The notes under the pieces: model-generated
Told to the model about the DNA's origin: nothing
The model's input: only the letters and a program-made list of their open reading frames with translations
Database searches by the model: none
Shown: piece by piece, positions 37,576-61,915 of the stretch
How positions within the stretch are numbered: the stretch's first letter is position 1
Layout of the letters: the number at the start of each line of letters is the position of its first letter
Program-made: the position numbers and the translations under genes
From: Antedon mediterranea
Lineage: Eukaryota; Animalia; Echinodermata
Assembly: GCF_964355755.1 (NCBI RefSeq)
Contig: NC_092670.1
Location: forward strand, 31,298,388 to 31,362,387
Length of the DNA stretch: 64,000 nt
Direction: 5' to 3'

Positions 37576-40500
37576 ATGCTGAACCTAAAAAGATGTTTAC
37601 AAGTCACAAGGTTTTTACCAAGAAAAGTGTTAACTACTGTAGATGTTAGTAACCGTCATTTAAACACTGGTGAGTTTTTTAGTTGTTGGTTAAAAATGAC
37701 TATTTTTACTTGTATTACAAGTATATTTCTGGTCTTATGTTTGTACAATAAATCATCCACAATTTTCCAGTTATCGTTCAGGCCAACTTGCATTTTTGTT
37801 GTATGATATGTCATCATCATTCATCATTATCTTCATCTTTATTAATTTGTTTTTTTTTATTAAAGGTATCCTCCAACTGGGGAATGAAGTACAGCATGCC
37901 TTAAAGCATGGCTTACCATTGGTGGCCCTTGAAAGCACAATTATAACACATGGAATGCCATACCCACACAATGTCAGGTATGTTCTTTTCTTTTCTATTT
38001 CACATCCAGAAGCTAGCCAGCCAGTAACAGGATAGATATATTGTCATGCTTATAAACAGTCTCATTTGACACTATATATTAGTTTAAGATTAAACCCTGT
38101 CAACACTGGAACTGACTAACTAAACTAGTCGTGGTTACCTTATCAATTTTTAGTTGTAGACGAACCAGTATGCGCAGTGGCTTAAATCAAATGTATCGCT
38201 ACTGGTCGCGTTTAATTCCTGTTCCGCCTGTCAGTTGCATTCAGTTGCTCAAGTTGAGGTGAGTTCCGTATTGATATAAATAAGCCTTAATCTGATATAA
38301 AAAAATAAATGTTTTCAGGACTGCATGTGAAGTGGAGCAGATTGTACGTGACGGTGGCGCCATTCCAGCAACAGTTGGTGTAATAAATGGCAATCTCCAT
38401 GTTGGCTTGACTTCTGACCAACTAGAACAACTAGCATCATGCATGGATGCTATCAAAGTATCTAGGAGAGATTTAGCATGGTCACTCAGTCAAGTTAGTA
38501 TATATTATTGGTTTAGGTAAATGTAAAAGGTAAATATATGTAACCTGTAGTTTGTCAATTACTGGCCTAACATGTTTAGAAATTAAATATTAAATTGACT
38601 TATTTACTAATTAAAATTCATAAAAAAAAAATATGGAAGATGAAAAGAAATTGATTAACAATATTTAAAACTTTGTCTACACTATCAAACCAGGGAGTTG
38701 TAAAATTTACAACTCCCTGATCAAACTTTATGTGACAACAGAATGGGATGTGCCCATATATGGACATGATGATATATCACTACCGTATTTGGCCACATCA
38801 CACTTTTTTGGTCAAACTAGTTTGATATGTAGACAGAGCTTTGAAAAATAAATCTGATAAGCCAGCCATAACAAAATAACATGAGGATTTAAATAATTAT
38901 ATTGTGTTTAATACAGTTGTTATGTAAATAGAGTTGTTATGTAAATAGATGTTTCATAATTTTTTGTTTTTTTTAGGGTAAAGTTGGTGGAACCACAGTA
39001 GCTGGCACAATGATCGCAGCTCACTTGGCTGGTATACAGATATTTGTAACGGGTGGTATTGGTGGTGTACATCGAGGTGCAGAAAACAGTGAGTTATTTG
39101 ATGTCATATAGAGGATAAATTTCATAGAATTTAAAGAGATGTCAATTCTACTAAAAAAAAACCAAAAAGGCTAATTTAAATGCATGAGAACCCCCTGCAC
39201 ACAGTTCAGTACTTTCCCTGTTGGTATTGAAGAATTCTTTTACTGCCTTCCTATTTCTTTTTCATCGTAATTGTACTGATGTTTGTAGTGGCCAAAGGTA
39301 ATCATTGGATATGCTGTACATTAGACCATGGAGACCTTATTTCACCATGATTAGATGCAGTGATCCAATCAGGGACTTGAGTGACCCTGCCCATAATGAT
39401 CCCCCTGGCCTGGGAGGAGAGCATAATAAAGGGCCCCACCTTGGTTTACAGGACCGCCTATTATTTAAATAATAAACAAATAAATAAAATTTTGTTTAAA
39501 ATAAATAAATAGATATACTGTATAGTAGGCCTGTTAAGTGAACCAATCCTTCAAATTGTGATAACATTCTAAAACTTTGCACAGTTATTCATTAGGGTGT
39601 TAAAAATATGAAATGGAAGGGTTGCACAGATATTGGTCAGGGGAAAGCCGCCATTTTGGATTTCAAAATGGCGGACCCCAAATGTTCACTTTTCAGGTAT
39701 ATCTCTGCTATTCTAAAGAGGCACCTAGAGTTCTGATTTTAGTTGCAAATTATATGATAATAGGGTCACCAAACATATTGGTATAACTAACATTTTGATT
39801 GCATGGCGGCCATTTTGGATTTCAAAATGGCGGACTTTAAATTTTCACTTTTCAGGTATATCTTAATGAATGTCTTCGAACCATTGGGCCTGAGCATATT
39901 GATTATTGCTGGTCCATCTAACACCTTGGCATCAACTAATGGTTGATGTAAGGAGGGTCGTCAAAGACAGCGGGAGCATGCCCAACAATTGGACCACATT
40001 TTGACGCCATGCAATCAAAGACGTTATACCAATATGTTTGTTGACCTCAATACCATTTTATACTCTGTACCTAAAATTATAACTGTAGGTACCGTACTGA
40101 AACATTTTGAGTTCGCCATTTTGAGATTCAAAATGGCCACAATGCAATCAAAATGTTATAGTTAAATACCAATGTTTGGTGACCCATTACCATATAATTT
40201 GCACCTAAAATCAGAACTCTCTGTACCTTTTTAGCAGAGATATACCTGAAAAGTGAAAATTTGGGGTCCGCCATTTTGAAATCTAAAATGGCCACCATTC
40301 AATCAAAATGTTAGTTATACCAATATGTTTGGTGACCCCATTACCATATAATTTGCACCTAAAATCAGAACTCTAGGTACCTTTTTAGCAGAGATATACC
40401 TGAAAAGTGAAAATTTGGGTCCGCCATTTTGAAATCCAACATGGCCGCCATGCATTCAAAATGTTAGATATACCAATATTTTTGGTGACCCCACTACCAT

Positions 40501-43500
40501 ATAATTTGCACCTAAAATCAGAACTCTAGGTGCCTTTTAAGCAGAGATATACCTGAAAAGTGAAAATTTGGGGTCCGCCATTTTGAAATCCAAAATGGCG
40601 GCTTTCCCCTGACCAAATTTTGTGCAACCCTTCCATTTCATGTTTTTGACACCCTAATGAATAACTGTGCAAAGTTTCAAAATATTATCACAATTTGAAG
40701 GATTTGCCTAAAATATGCACCTTATGCCTACTAGTACATTTAAGTTGCCTCAGGCAAAGGCAATGCATACAGTATGTCAACGTCAGTCAATGACGGCCTG
40801 AGAACAGCTAAATAAACAAGAACAAAGAACCTGTAACAACAAAATCTTTTAACAATATGCTTCACTATAGGTATGGACATCAGCTCAGATCTCACTGAAC
40901 TCGGAAAGACACCTGTTACTGTTGTTTGTGCTGGAGCCAAGTCAATATTAGATATTGGAAGAACACTGGAATATTTAGTAAGTGCTGTAAAAAAGAAAAG
41001 TTGCGGTTTAATGTGAGACTAAAGCTCTGTCTACAATATCAAACTTTATGTGACAAAAAAATGTGATGTATATTTAAGCATATCACTACCATATTTGGAC
41101 ACATCACACTTTTTTTTCAAACTAGTTTGATAGCATTTATTTATTTATTTATTTCCTTTATTGCATCAAGTAAACAGTGATGAAGTTGACATAAATATTT
41201 AAAAAACAAAAACAAAACAAAAAAAAAACAAAACAAAAAACAAAACAAAAAAAAAACAAACAAAGCGTAGACTGAGCATCATGTCAAAATTGGTAGTCAA
41301 GAGACACTGAATGTGCAGGGGGTTATTATTATCAAACAATACAGAAAGAATTATAAAGATCTTGCGCATTTATTTAGGAGTGTCTTAATCATTATCAGAA
41401 ATTGTAATTATCGGAAATTTCTGTTGAGGCCGAGTTATTAGAATCCTGGTGAGATAATTAAAATACATTAGTGTCTTCTTCAACTGTGGTGCTTATTCAT
41501 ATCGGGCCCTCATTTAACTGCGACGATTGCTGTATTCAATTGTGTCTTTCGTTCTTATAAGCTGCATATTTTAACTGCACCAATTTTAACTGAGTTGCTT
41601 ATTGAAGAATATTAGAAATATAATTAGTTATACAAACAAAATAAAAGTTTGTATGTAAAGTATGTATACATAAAATATTATACAAGTAATGAATATTTGT
41701 GTTTGTTTTGCAAATAAAAATTCAAGTTTGTTTTTCAAACACTTTGATCAGGAAACCCAAGGAGTAACTGTAGCAACATACGGTGATTCTAAATATTTCC
41801 CAGCATTCTTTTCACCAGCCAGTGAGTACCTGTCTCCCTGTAATGTATCAAATGCAACTGAGGCTGCTCAGATCGTTGGTGAGTTTTTAAATTATATATA
41901 GTATCGGCATTTGTGAAAATTGAGGCTTATGAATTTCAACGAATTATTCACTGTATGCTATGGTGTGCACTGGCAGCTCAGGCCTAAAAAACAGTGTGTG
42001 TAATAATAATATACAAATAATCAATGTTTATGAGTGGAATAGTATAAATAATTTCATGAGGTAAAGTTGAGGCAACGCCTCAAGAATATCATGTTTCTAT
42101 CTAACGATCAAGTTGAATAAAAACAATACTGTCAAAATGCTTGGTCAATTGTAGATTATGTACAGTAAGTCAATGACTTCTACAACAAATAGAAATGTGT
42201 TATAATACAATAATTGTGTGTAATGCATGTGGCGGAGAGTTTATTAGTGAAACAAAAATAAAGGTCCTGAGACATTTATCCAAAAAATTTTTCTATGTAT
42301 ATTGGTATGGTATTTCAATATATGAGTAATAACAATTTTAAAAATGTGATAAGAAGAAAGTTCATTTTATATTTAGAAATCTTTTTATTCTGTTTTTGCA
42401 TTTTTAGCAACAAACAAAGCACTTGAACTGAACAGTGGCATTTTAATTGCTGTTCCTATCCCAGAATGCAGTGCCAAAGATAGTTCACAAGTTGAGTCTG
42501 CAATACAGACATCTTTAGAAGAAGCAAAGTGAGTGAACATTTGGAAGTGGCTATTGTTCAACCATGCATGCAATTTATTATTTTTCTATCGGCATGGTTA
42601 AAAGTGCATCTTGTGTGAATTTTTCTATTGCCAGATATGTTAGATCTTAGAAGCAAAGTATTAGACACACAGTTGATCATGCCGATAGAAAATATTGAAT
42701 TTACACACATGGTCAGCCATAGAATACTTTAAATTACATGCACAAAACATAAACAATCTCATTTGTTTTATTTAGTTTATGTCTCCCTCCAATCATGGAG
42801 GTAAAAAATAAGTTGCAATGAAAAATTGTACGGTCATTTTTTTAAACTATCTATTTTTCTTTTTGTACAGTCATTTTTTAAACTCTCTATTTTTGTTTTT
42901 AAGGCACACGGTGCAAATAGGAAAAGATGTTACACCATACATCTTAAAAAGAGTAAATGAAATTACTGGAGGAACAGCTCTGCAAGCTAGTATCCTTAAA
43001 TGTGGTGCATGAGTTGAACTTGGAAAGTCAAGTGTTTGAGTAATTGAGGCAGGGTCATTTCAATATATATTGTAGATTAAAGTTTTGAGGCTGTCCTCAT
43101 CCCCAAATCGTATTGCTAAGAACTTAATGCTTAATTGATTGGTATTAGTGATTGTAGTGTAACATTATAAAACAAGTGTGGACATTCATAGAAGTTGTGT
43201 AGTCATAAAATCGGCACAGGTCTGGGCTCTCCTCAACCATAGTGCTTATTACGTAAGGTTGGAGATCAAGTGTACACATTTGGCTTGTGTGAAGAATTCA
43301 GTACACTATAGTGCGCTACTTCCGACTTAGTCGTCAACAGATCAAGTGTGTCATTCACACCTGTGCGCAATTCAGCCCAGTAATACTTCACCTCACAGGT
43401 TATTCTCCACATTTAATACAAAACATCGTTTACTGTTAATTTAACGAGTTATCTTACATTTAATTGTTGTGTATTGGAATATAACCTTCCAACCCCTACT

Positions 43501-46500
43501 CTACCAGTTGTATCTGCATACTTTTTTTAACCAATAGTGTCTAGATATAGCATTGGTCAAGAACAATGCAAAAGTAGGTACAGAAATTGCAGTGGAATAC
43601 AGTAAATTAAGTGCTAACAAATCCTACAGTGTTGGCTCAAAGACAATGCATAAGGCAAATAGCTATACAGAACGAAACTCAATTGCAAAGCCTGTTGTTG
43701 TTGGTGCTAGTATTTATGATTTGAATGTAATGACACATTCAACTGATATTATTGTAAGTAAGAAGTGTTATAACACACTTAAATTGTTATTTTATTGGAC
43801 GATTGTGGGTCACATGATATGAAATAAATGTTATGTAGCACTCTCCAGAGTGCAGTGTCGTTATGTACAATCGAGTACTGCAATTTGCAAACAGATCAAC
43901 ACAAATGTTTATTATTATTTGTTTATAAATTATTTGCCCCATTGCACTCATCCGCAAATGGTGCAGTTAATTAAGCTTAAAAGGGAGTGTTGGTGATGAA
44001 ACATGATTTAACAAGCAGAATATAATTATAATATATATAAAAAAAACGGCTATAATTTAATCTGAACACTATATTTATTTTACCCAATTATTAATGATAT
44101 TATGCTGCCAATGCCATAGATTAATTCTGAAAGGTGAAAATAAAACTTCCCATTCTTGTAGCAAATTCTGAAATTATGGAAGTATCGGATGCAAGTGATC
44201 AGTTCCAATTTGTTCAAAAATACTGATGGCAATTGTCAATCATATGATAAGAAATAATCTATATAATAGCAAAATGCTTTTTCAGTATGGTGGGACGACA
44301 AACGTTGGTTCAATACAGCAAGGTGTTGGTGGAGTTGGTAGAAATGTAGCAGGTACTTTTTTTAATACTGAATCAAACTAGATTATTTCATAGGGTCTGG
44401 TCTCCATAAATAATAAAAACACCAACAAAACTAATTTCGTATTAATTATTATTTTAAAGTACATTCTGAAAAAAGGACATTAAGGATCTGCTTAAAGGTG
44501 TGTTGTATTTGGAGTCTAGTTGACTGCACTACCATATTTATGAATAATTGTAATGGTAGTGAGTGGCCAAGCGGTTAAGACATTGGAACTGTAATTTACG
44601 TAGCCATAACATTGGCAAGAGTTCGAGGCTCACTCGCTGCATGGTTTTTTTATTTTATTTTTTATTCTCATTTTAGGCAAATTGCCAATGATAACCACAA
44701 GTGAATTCATTCACTATCCTTCTCAAGGTGGCAATCACATCTGGTGGTAGAACAAATCATCTCGGATAAGGTCTATAAACCATAGGCCAAGTGTACAAAT
44801 CTAGCTTATATGTACTTTATAAACCTAGTACATCTTTCGAGACGATTAGGGGGTGACCCCAGTGTACTACTGATCATAACTAGGCCCTCTGGGAGATCAG
44901 TCTTTGACTGAAGAGGTTACCCAGTATAAATAAATATCAAATCTAATTTCTGCACACTAGTACTATATTTGAATGTAGAGCTATCTTGATAACTTCTGCA
45001 AATCATTCTCTTTCAGATTGCTTGTCAAGGCTTGGGGCTGATCCGTTATTTATATCTGTTGTAGGAGATGATCTTGAGGGAAAAAGTTTGTTAAGCCAAT
45101 CCGATTCCATGGTATTTACTTTAATTATTGCATTTAAATTTGTTTCCCATCCTAATGAAAAGTTTATGTATTCCCTGCATACAGTATCATTTCAGTACCT
45201 AATAGTATACACAAATATTGACTGGTCGTAGGTGGAATAGCCTGGTAGTGCGAAACGTGAGCCTACTACTATCTTTCCAAGGTCAGTGTACCTAGATAAT
45301 AGTTAGTCAAGGCAGTTACCTTCTTCATCAATTAACTCAAAGCGACCTAGGCTTATTTCAGCTATGTTTGCCCACCATATTCAACCATAATCACAGTCAT
45401 CATTGGAGATTGTGGTTACTGTTTTCAAAGTCTAGGAATTTACATGTGATAGGGTAAAATTAATATCAATGTGAATAAAAGCTTTGCTAGTACTTATTTT
45501 CCCAGTGATAAATGATAATGGAAACTACAGTACCATCTACTTTTTGACCAATGAAAGGCTTACAAAGTATATGTATAAGACAGTAGTATTATTACATTGT
45601 ATTTTACTAGGATACTAGTTGTATTACTGTTTTACAAAATGAGAGGACAGCTTCATACTGTGCTGGACTGGATGGCAGCGGCAATGTGTTCCTGGGAGTT
45701 GGAGATGCAAAGATTTGTGATAAACTAACACCTCAGCTTGTAAGGAAATAAAACAAAATTATACTTAAGTAAAATATTTCCCTTAAATATTAAGTATTTC
45801 ACTTACATTAACTCAATAACTATTTAAATTTAATTGTATTCACTTAGATTTTAATTTTAAGGGTGTTTCCTTTAGCCTAAGTGTGAATGGTGAATACGGC
45901 CACAGCATCCTAGTCTTTATGCCTTCCTACCAACATATTTTCACCTAGTAGTAATGCTAAAAATGTCAGTACTGCTGCAACCACTGCAAAGGAGAAACTT
46001 TGTTGAATCTGAAAGCTTTTGACTGTATTAGAATAGCAGTTTTGCCTCAAATGCTGTTCAAAATACTTCAAGATAATGCTTTCAAAATGTCTTATTCTTC
46101 AGTAATCTGAATAATGTTTGTGTAGTTTATTTTTGTTGGAATTTTCTTTAATTAGGTTAGCAATTTCAAGGAAGCCATTGTGGAAGCACCTCTTGTTTGT
46201 GTAGATGGTAATATTCCAACAGAAACTATTCAGTATGTTTGTGACATCTGCAGTGAGCATCATATACCAGGTATTATAGCACACCTTAGTAGATTGTTGT
46301 CACTTGATTGTAGGATTGTGGTCACATGATATTAAATAAATGATCTATTGCACTCTTAATGATGTCATCGAAAGTGCAATGTCATTATATGCACGCGAGT
46401 ACTGCAAGTTCATTTTTGTTACACAGTGATTGAGCAACCACAGCGCTGTTGATGGTCATGTTTGATTAAACTCTACCCAAAAAGAATTAACGATTATTAG

Positions 46501-48161
46501 AAATAAAAGTTATACCACTTCTGCTTTCAGTTTGGTACGAGCCTACGTGTGCACTCAAAGCTATCAAACCTTATGAAACCAATGCTGGAAAGTCCTTAAC
46601 ATTCGCTTCACCTAACCTCAGGGAGCTACGTCAGATGTATTCAGCTGTCGATGGCTTTGAACCACAATCTATACATGGTAAGCATTGGTACAGTTTGCAA
46701 AAATATGTTTGAAACCACCCACTGTCTACTTTATACACATACATATTTCAAATTAGAAATACCACTGCACCACCAAGGTGTTGAAAACTGAACTCTTTCA
46801 TAGTGCAACACCAACCTCAAAATAAGTCTTTAAAAGCCTAATCTACACTAGCACACATTACAAAACCTATATTTGAAAACTCTGCCACTTTTTAGAGAAT
46901 TCAGACAACAAACTTCAGAAATCTCGTTCAAGACAGCAACTAGTTTTCTGCAGTTTTTTTAACTGGTTTACACTAAAACTTTTGCAACCTGTTTTTCCCA
47001 AAACAACTTTGTACACTAAATTTGCTAGTGTAGACTAAGTTTTACATTAGAAAGCAAATGTTTATGTCTCAACCTGCAATTGGTCCAACATATTAATTGT
47101 GCTGTAAAAAACTGGTGGTTTTTTTTCAGATGAAGAAATGTCGTTAACAGATATTATACGGGAATGCCGTCACCTTTGCAGTGTTTTGATCAAGAATGGT
47201 CTACATTGCATTATACTAACCTTAGGTCCAGATGGCGTACTTGTTTGCCGGAATACGGAGCCAGAAGAGTTGTTTCCTTGTGGCCATTTGAATAGGATTG
47301 TAAGTTATGTTATGACAATGTATACTTTTGTTATCTTCGATGGTGTTGCGTGCAAACCTACAGTTTGTGTGAAGCTGTAGTTGGTGGGTTGGATGCTTCA
47401 CTTCCAATCCATTGGTCCTAGGTTCAACAGATCCTATCTCAGCCAGGCCAGCTGCTGCTCTTGTGGCGTCTATGGCCCTGTGACCCATTCCTTATTTCCA
47501 GATTTATTTCACTGTAATAACAGTTATTATAAAGTACAGGAGATTGTGCAAATTTTGAGAAGACATCTTTTTTGTCTTAAAAGTTTGAGAACTTGTATAA
47601 CTTCACGTATACAAACTGTACACAAAAATCTTATTTCAGGATGATAATAGCATGGTGTCAATCCAACATTACCCAGCATGCAGTGAGGTTCATATTCCTT
47701 CTGAAGTTGTTAGTGTTTCTGGTGCTGGTGATTGGTAAGAAAAGATCATGTATTCCTTGTGAAGTTGTTAGTGTTTCTGGTGCTGGTGATTGGTAAGAAA
47801 AGATCATGTATTCCTTGTGAAGTTGTTAGTGTTTCTGGTGCTGGTGATTGGTAAGAAAAGTTGTTAGTGTTTCTGGTGCTGGTGATTGGTAAGAAAAGAT
47901 CATTTTATGTAATAATAAATAGAAGAACAGTGATAGGGATTAAATTAAGTAGTCCCTTTTTCCTATTTCAGTCTTGCTTCTGGTGTGATATCGGGAATTC
48001 TTCAAGGGCATGATCCAGATGTTTGTATTAAAGGAGGACTTCTTGCAGCTAGCCATTCCATTAGATCTCTACAGACTGTTCCAGACTCTATAAATTCAAG
48101 AGCTTTCTCTGCAGATGCTATCAAAGAGTGGGCACCATTTACACCTACTTGCATTATGTGA
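37576..48161 (+). CDS. Bifunctional pseudouridine-5'-phosphate glycosidase (PsuG/IndA) / pseudouridine kinase (PfkB family), ~716 aa
   Basis: 17 exons total 2151 nt in frame: 37576-37669, 37866-37977, 38319-38493, 38977-39088, 40871-40977, 41752-41878, 42408-42528, 42904-42989, 43545-43753, 44286-44352, 45017-45111, 45611-45739, 46156-46270, 46531-46677, 47130-47299, 47640-47734, 47972-48161. PsuG motifs: [64 protein letters not shown]. PfkB motifs: [26 protein letters not shown]. Confidence 0.95.
38670..38842. mobile_element. ~140-bp palindromic MITE family member (others at ~41021-41133, 50008-50135, 52822-52880, 53142-53284, 57902-58030, 58265-58378)
   Basis: Shared TIR aagctctgtctacactatcaaac and internal tgtgatgtgcccatatatgg...ccatatttgggcacatcaca. 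Confidence 0.8.
39523..40733. mobile_element. Non-autonomous DNA transposon, Academ-like (TAG...CTA, 3-bp TSD GTA), long TIRs and ~153-bp internal repeats
   Basis: tagtaggc / gcctacta termini with GTA on both flanks. 39545-39710 is inverted at 40540-40705. Repeated gccattttgaaatccaaaatggc units. Confidence 0.75.
42990..43544 (+). other. U12-type (minor spliceosome) GT-AG intron
   Basis: Donor GTATCCTT. Branch-like TTTTTTAAC at 43523-43531, about 14 nt before the AG. Splicing restores the conserved [10 protein letters not shown]. Confidence 0.85.
44553..44940 (+). mobile_element. tRNA-derived SINE
   Basis: A-box TGGCCAAGCGG, B-box-like GAGTTCGAGGC, non-tRNA body, (TAAA) tail. Confidence 0.65.
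47693..47903 (+). repeat. Tandem repeat (~58 bp, 4 units, last ones shorter) of the exon-16 end plus splice donor
   Basis: agttgttagtgtttctggtgctggtgattg|gtaagaaaag occurs four times. Confidence 0.92.
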
Positions 48162-49680
48162 ATATTTCTTGACAAGGAAGGGTAATGTTTGTTTCTCATT
48201 TTGAAATGATGGACTCCAGCAATTACACTCTTTACATGAAGTCACTTAACACTGGACTAACACTATTCACATGGACTAACACTCTCACTCTTTTCATATA
48301 GGCTAACACTCTTTACATGGACTAACACCCTGGGGGGGGGGGGGGGGGGGGGTGGGGGGGGGGGGTCACTCTTAAATATTTCCAAACGGGGAGGTGCCGC
48401 ATTTACGGGTATATTTTCGAGGGCCTGGTAGCACAAGTGTGGGAAATTATGGAGAGTTGGTAGCACAAGTGTGGGAAATGACAGGGTGAAATTAGTAGTT
48501 TAAGATTTAAAATGTAATGGATGGTAGGAACAGTCTATCATTCTTGACATTGAAAAAAGGATAGAGTTCCAGAAAAACTATTAAGTAAAACTATTGTATT
48601 CATCTAGAAACTGTTAAGCAGAAATGTCCAGTAATACTTTGTGTCTGTCAACAACAAAAAAACAATCCTTGAATGGCAATGGTGCAGCTTTAAATTAATA
48701 TTGGGATATCAGTGACAGGTAATCGTTCATAACAACAGTACTATATATGATATAAATCAATGCAATATACACAAATGTGATGTAGCAAAATTACTTTAAT
48801 GTAAAAAAATACATTTATTTGGCTTTTCTATATTTAATAATCACTAATTTATAATAATCACTAATTTATAATATGTAGAGTATATTTCGTGAGTGTATCC
48901 ATACCATTTGGATAGTCAATTATTCATCATGCTGTGTTATTCTAATCGAAAAGTGATATCTAATGAATTCAGCATTTTTTGTAAGAAAAAAATGTTCTTG
49001 CGTACGGAATAAAAATCCACTCTCTCTATTATTGCAGCTATTTTTCGGAATTTTTAAAAATGTCACTCGATATCGGAACATTTTTACAGACCGATATGGT
49101 ACTAATTAACGACGATACAAGAAGTGAAATTGTTTTAAAAAACACAATGCAACTCATAAAAATTCATTTTTTGTATACTGACCAATATAAAGGCACACAT
49201 TATTGTTATTTATCACTTTCTATACCAATCTTCATATTATATCATCTTTTAATATACCTATTTATATGAATTAAAACCATATTTTTCTATTTCTTCCAAC
49301 ATACTGTAATCTTGATCACACTGCTATACATGGAATTATTGTAGAAAGACTATATATTGGTAATAAACAAAATCTAAATAATAATCTGTTATATTTATTC
49401 ATTTGTTTCATCTGAAATATAAAAACAAAACTTGTATAAATATTTTGTAAACAAACTGAAACATGCACAGTATTTATGTATAGTCAATTATTAGCCAATG
49501 GATGAAGACTATTATATAAAAAATCAAATGTATTCTTAGTTGTAACAGCTTTATAAAAGTAGGGAAAAGTACTATCGGTATCAATGTACTATGTTGGCAC
49601 CATTAAAAAAAATCCTGGATCCGCCCCTGAACATGTTACTTGAAATTAACTGATATGTATATACCTTGAAATACATACTT

Positions 49681-61100
<11,420 letters not shown>

Positions 61101-61322
61101 TACTTGAGAATGAAACCTAAATAAAGAGGAAAAATAGAAAATAGTAAAGCCTATTAGGTCACCAAAAAAGCAAGAAATAAGGTGAAGCCCTACCAGGTAA
61201 TTCAAGCTAAAAACTGTATGGTAAGGGTACCTAGACTTAGGCCAATAATAGTCTTTAGAACTGTTTTGTATCATCCACATGCTACCAGTCATACATGAAG
61301 TAGAGCTATCCTATATGTTTAA

Positions 61323-61915
61323 AGACCCCTTCCCTACGTTTTTTATATCTAATTTAAGATCACAAACTATATGATATAAAAATAATACTACATGGTCCTA
61401 TTGCGATAATTTTTTCCGTTTTTAAACGGTTAAAAATGTGAAAAATAAGTTGATTCTAATAATTATAGCGGCCCAATCCCAAAATGCATTGCGCGCGGAT
61501 TGATATTTTTGTTTTTCTTGACCCACTTTTTGATCGATCGTGAGGCCAAAACAAATGGAAGACTCCTATCCTAAAAAATACCGGGTTTTCCCTAATTTGT
61601 ATCAACGGAGTCTGGCAAAAATAGAAAGACAATTAATGCAGCAACTATACAACGTCAGACTAGGTATATAGCTAGTGTACGATGTTCGTACGTTACCGAT
61701 ATTTACCTACCCTACAAAACTAAGCCTAGGCCTAAAGACTGTCCACGAGAGGTCATTCGCCGCAAGCTATTTAGGTAGTGCATTGTTTCTCAATATTATC
61801 ATAATTTACCATAAAACATACATTTTAGACAAGAAATGACCTGGTTAAATGTTTTTAAAGTAATATATATATGTATTATTTTTACAAAACGTCACAAATT
61901 GTAGGGAAGGGGTCT
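61323..61915. mobile_element. Kolobok-like MITE (TTAA TSD, AG...CT termini)
   Basis: ttaa|agaccccttccctac ... gtagggaaggggtct|ttaa. Confidence 0.8.

Noticed and set aside
47380-47500. Weak tRNA/SINE-like head (also ~51960-52020)
   Set aside because: Only a degenerate B-box is visible and no cloverleaf can be drawn; too weak to call.
48263-48466. Poly-proline ORF
   Set aside because: Reverse reading of the poly-G tract.
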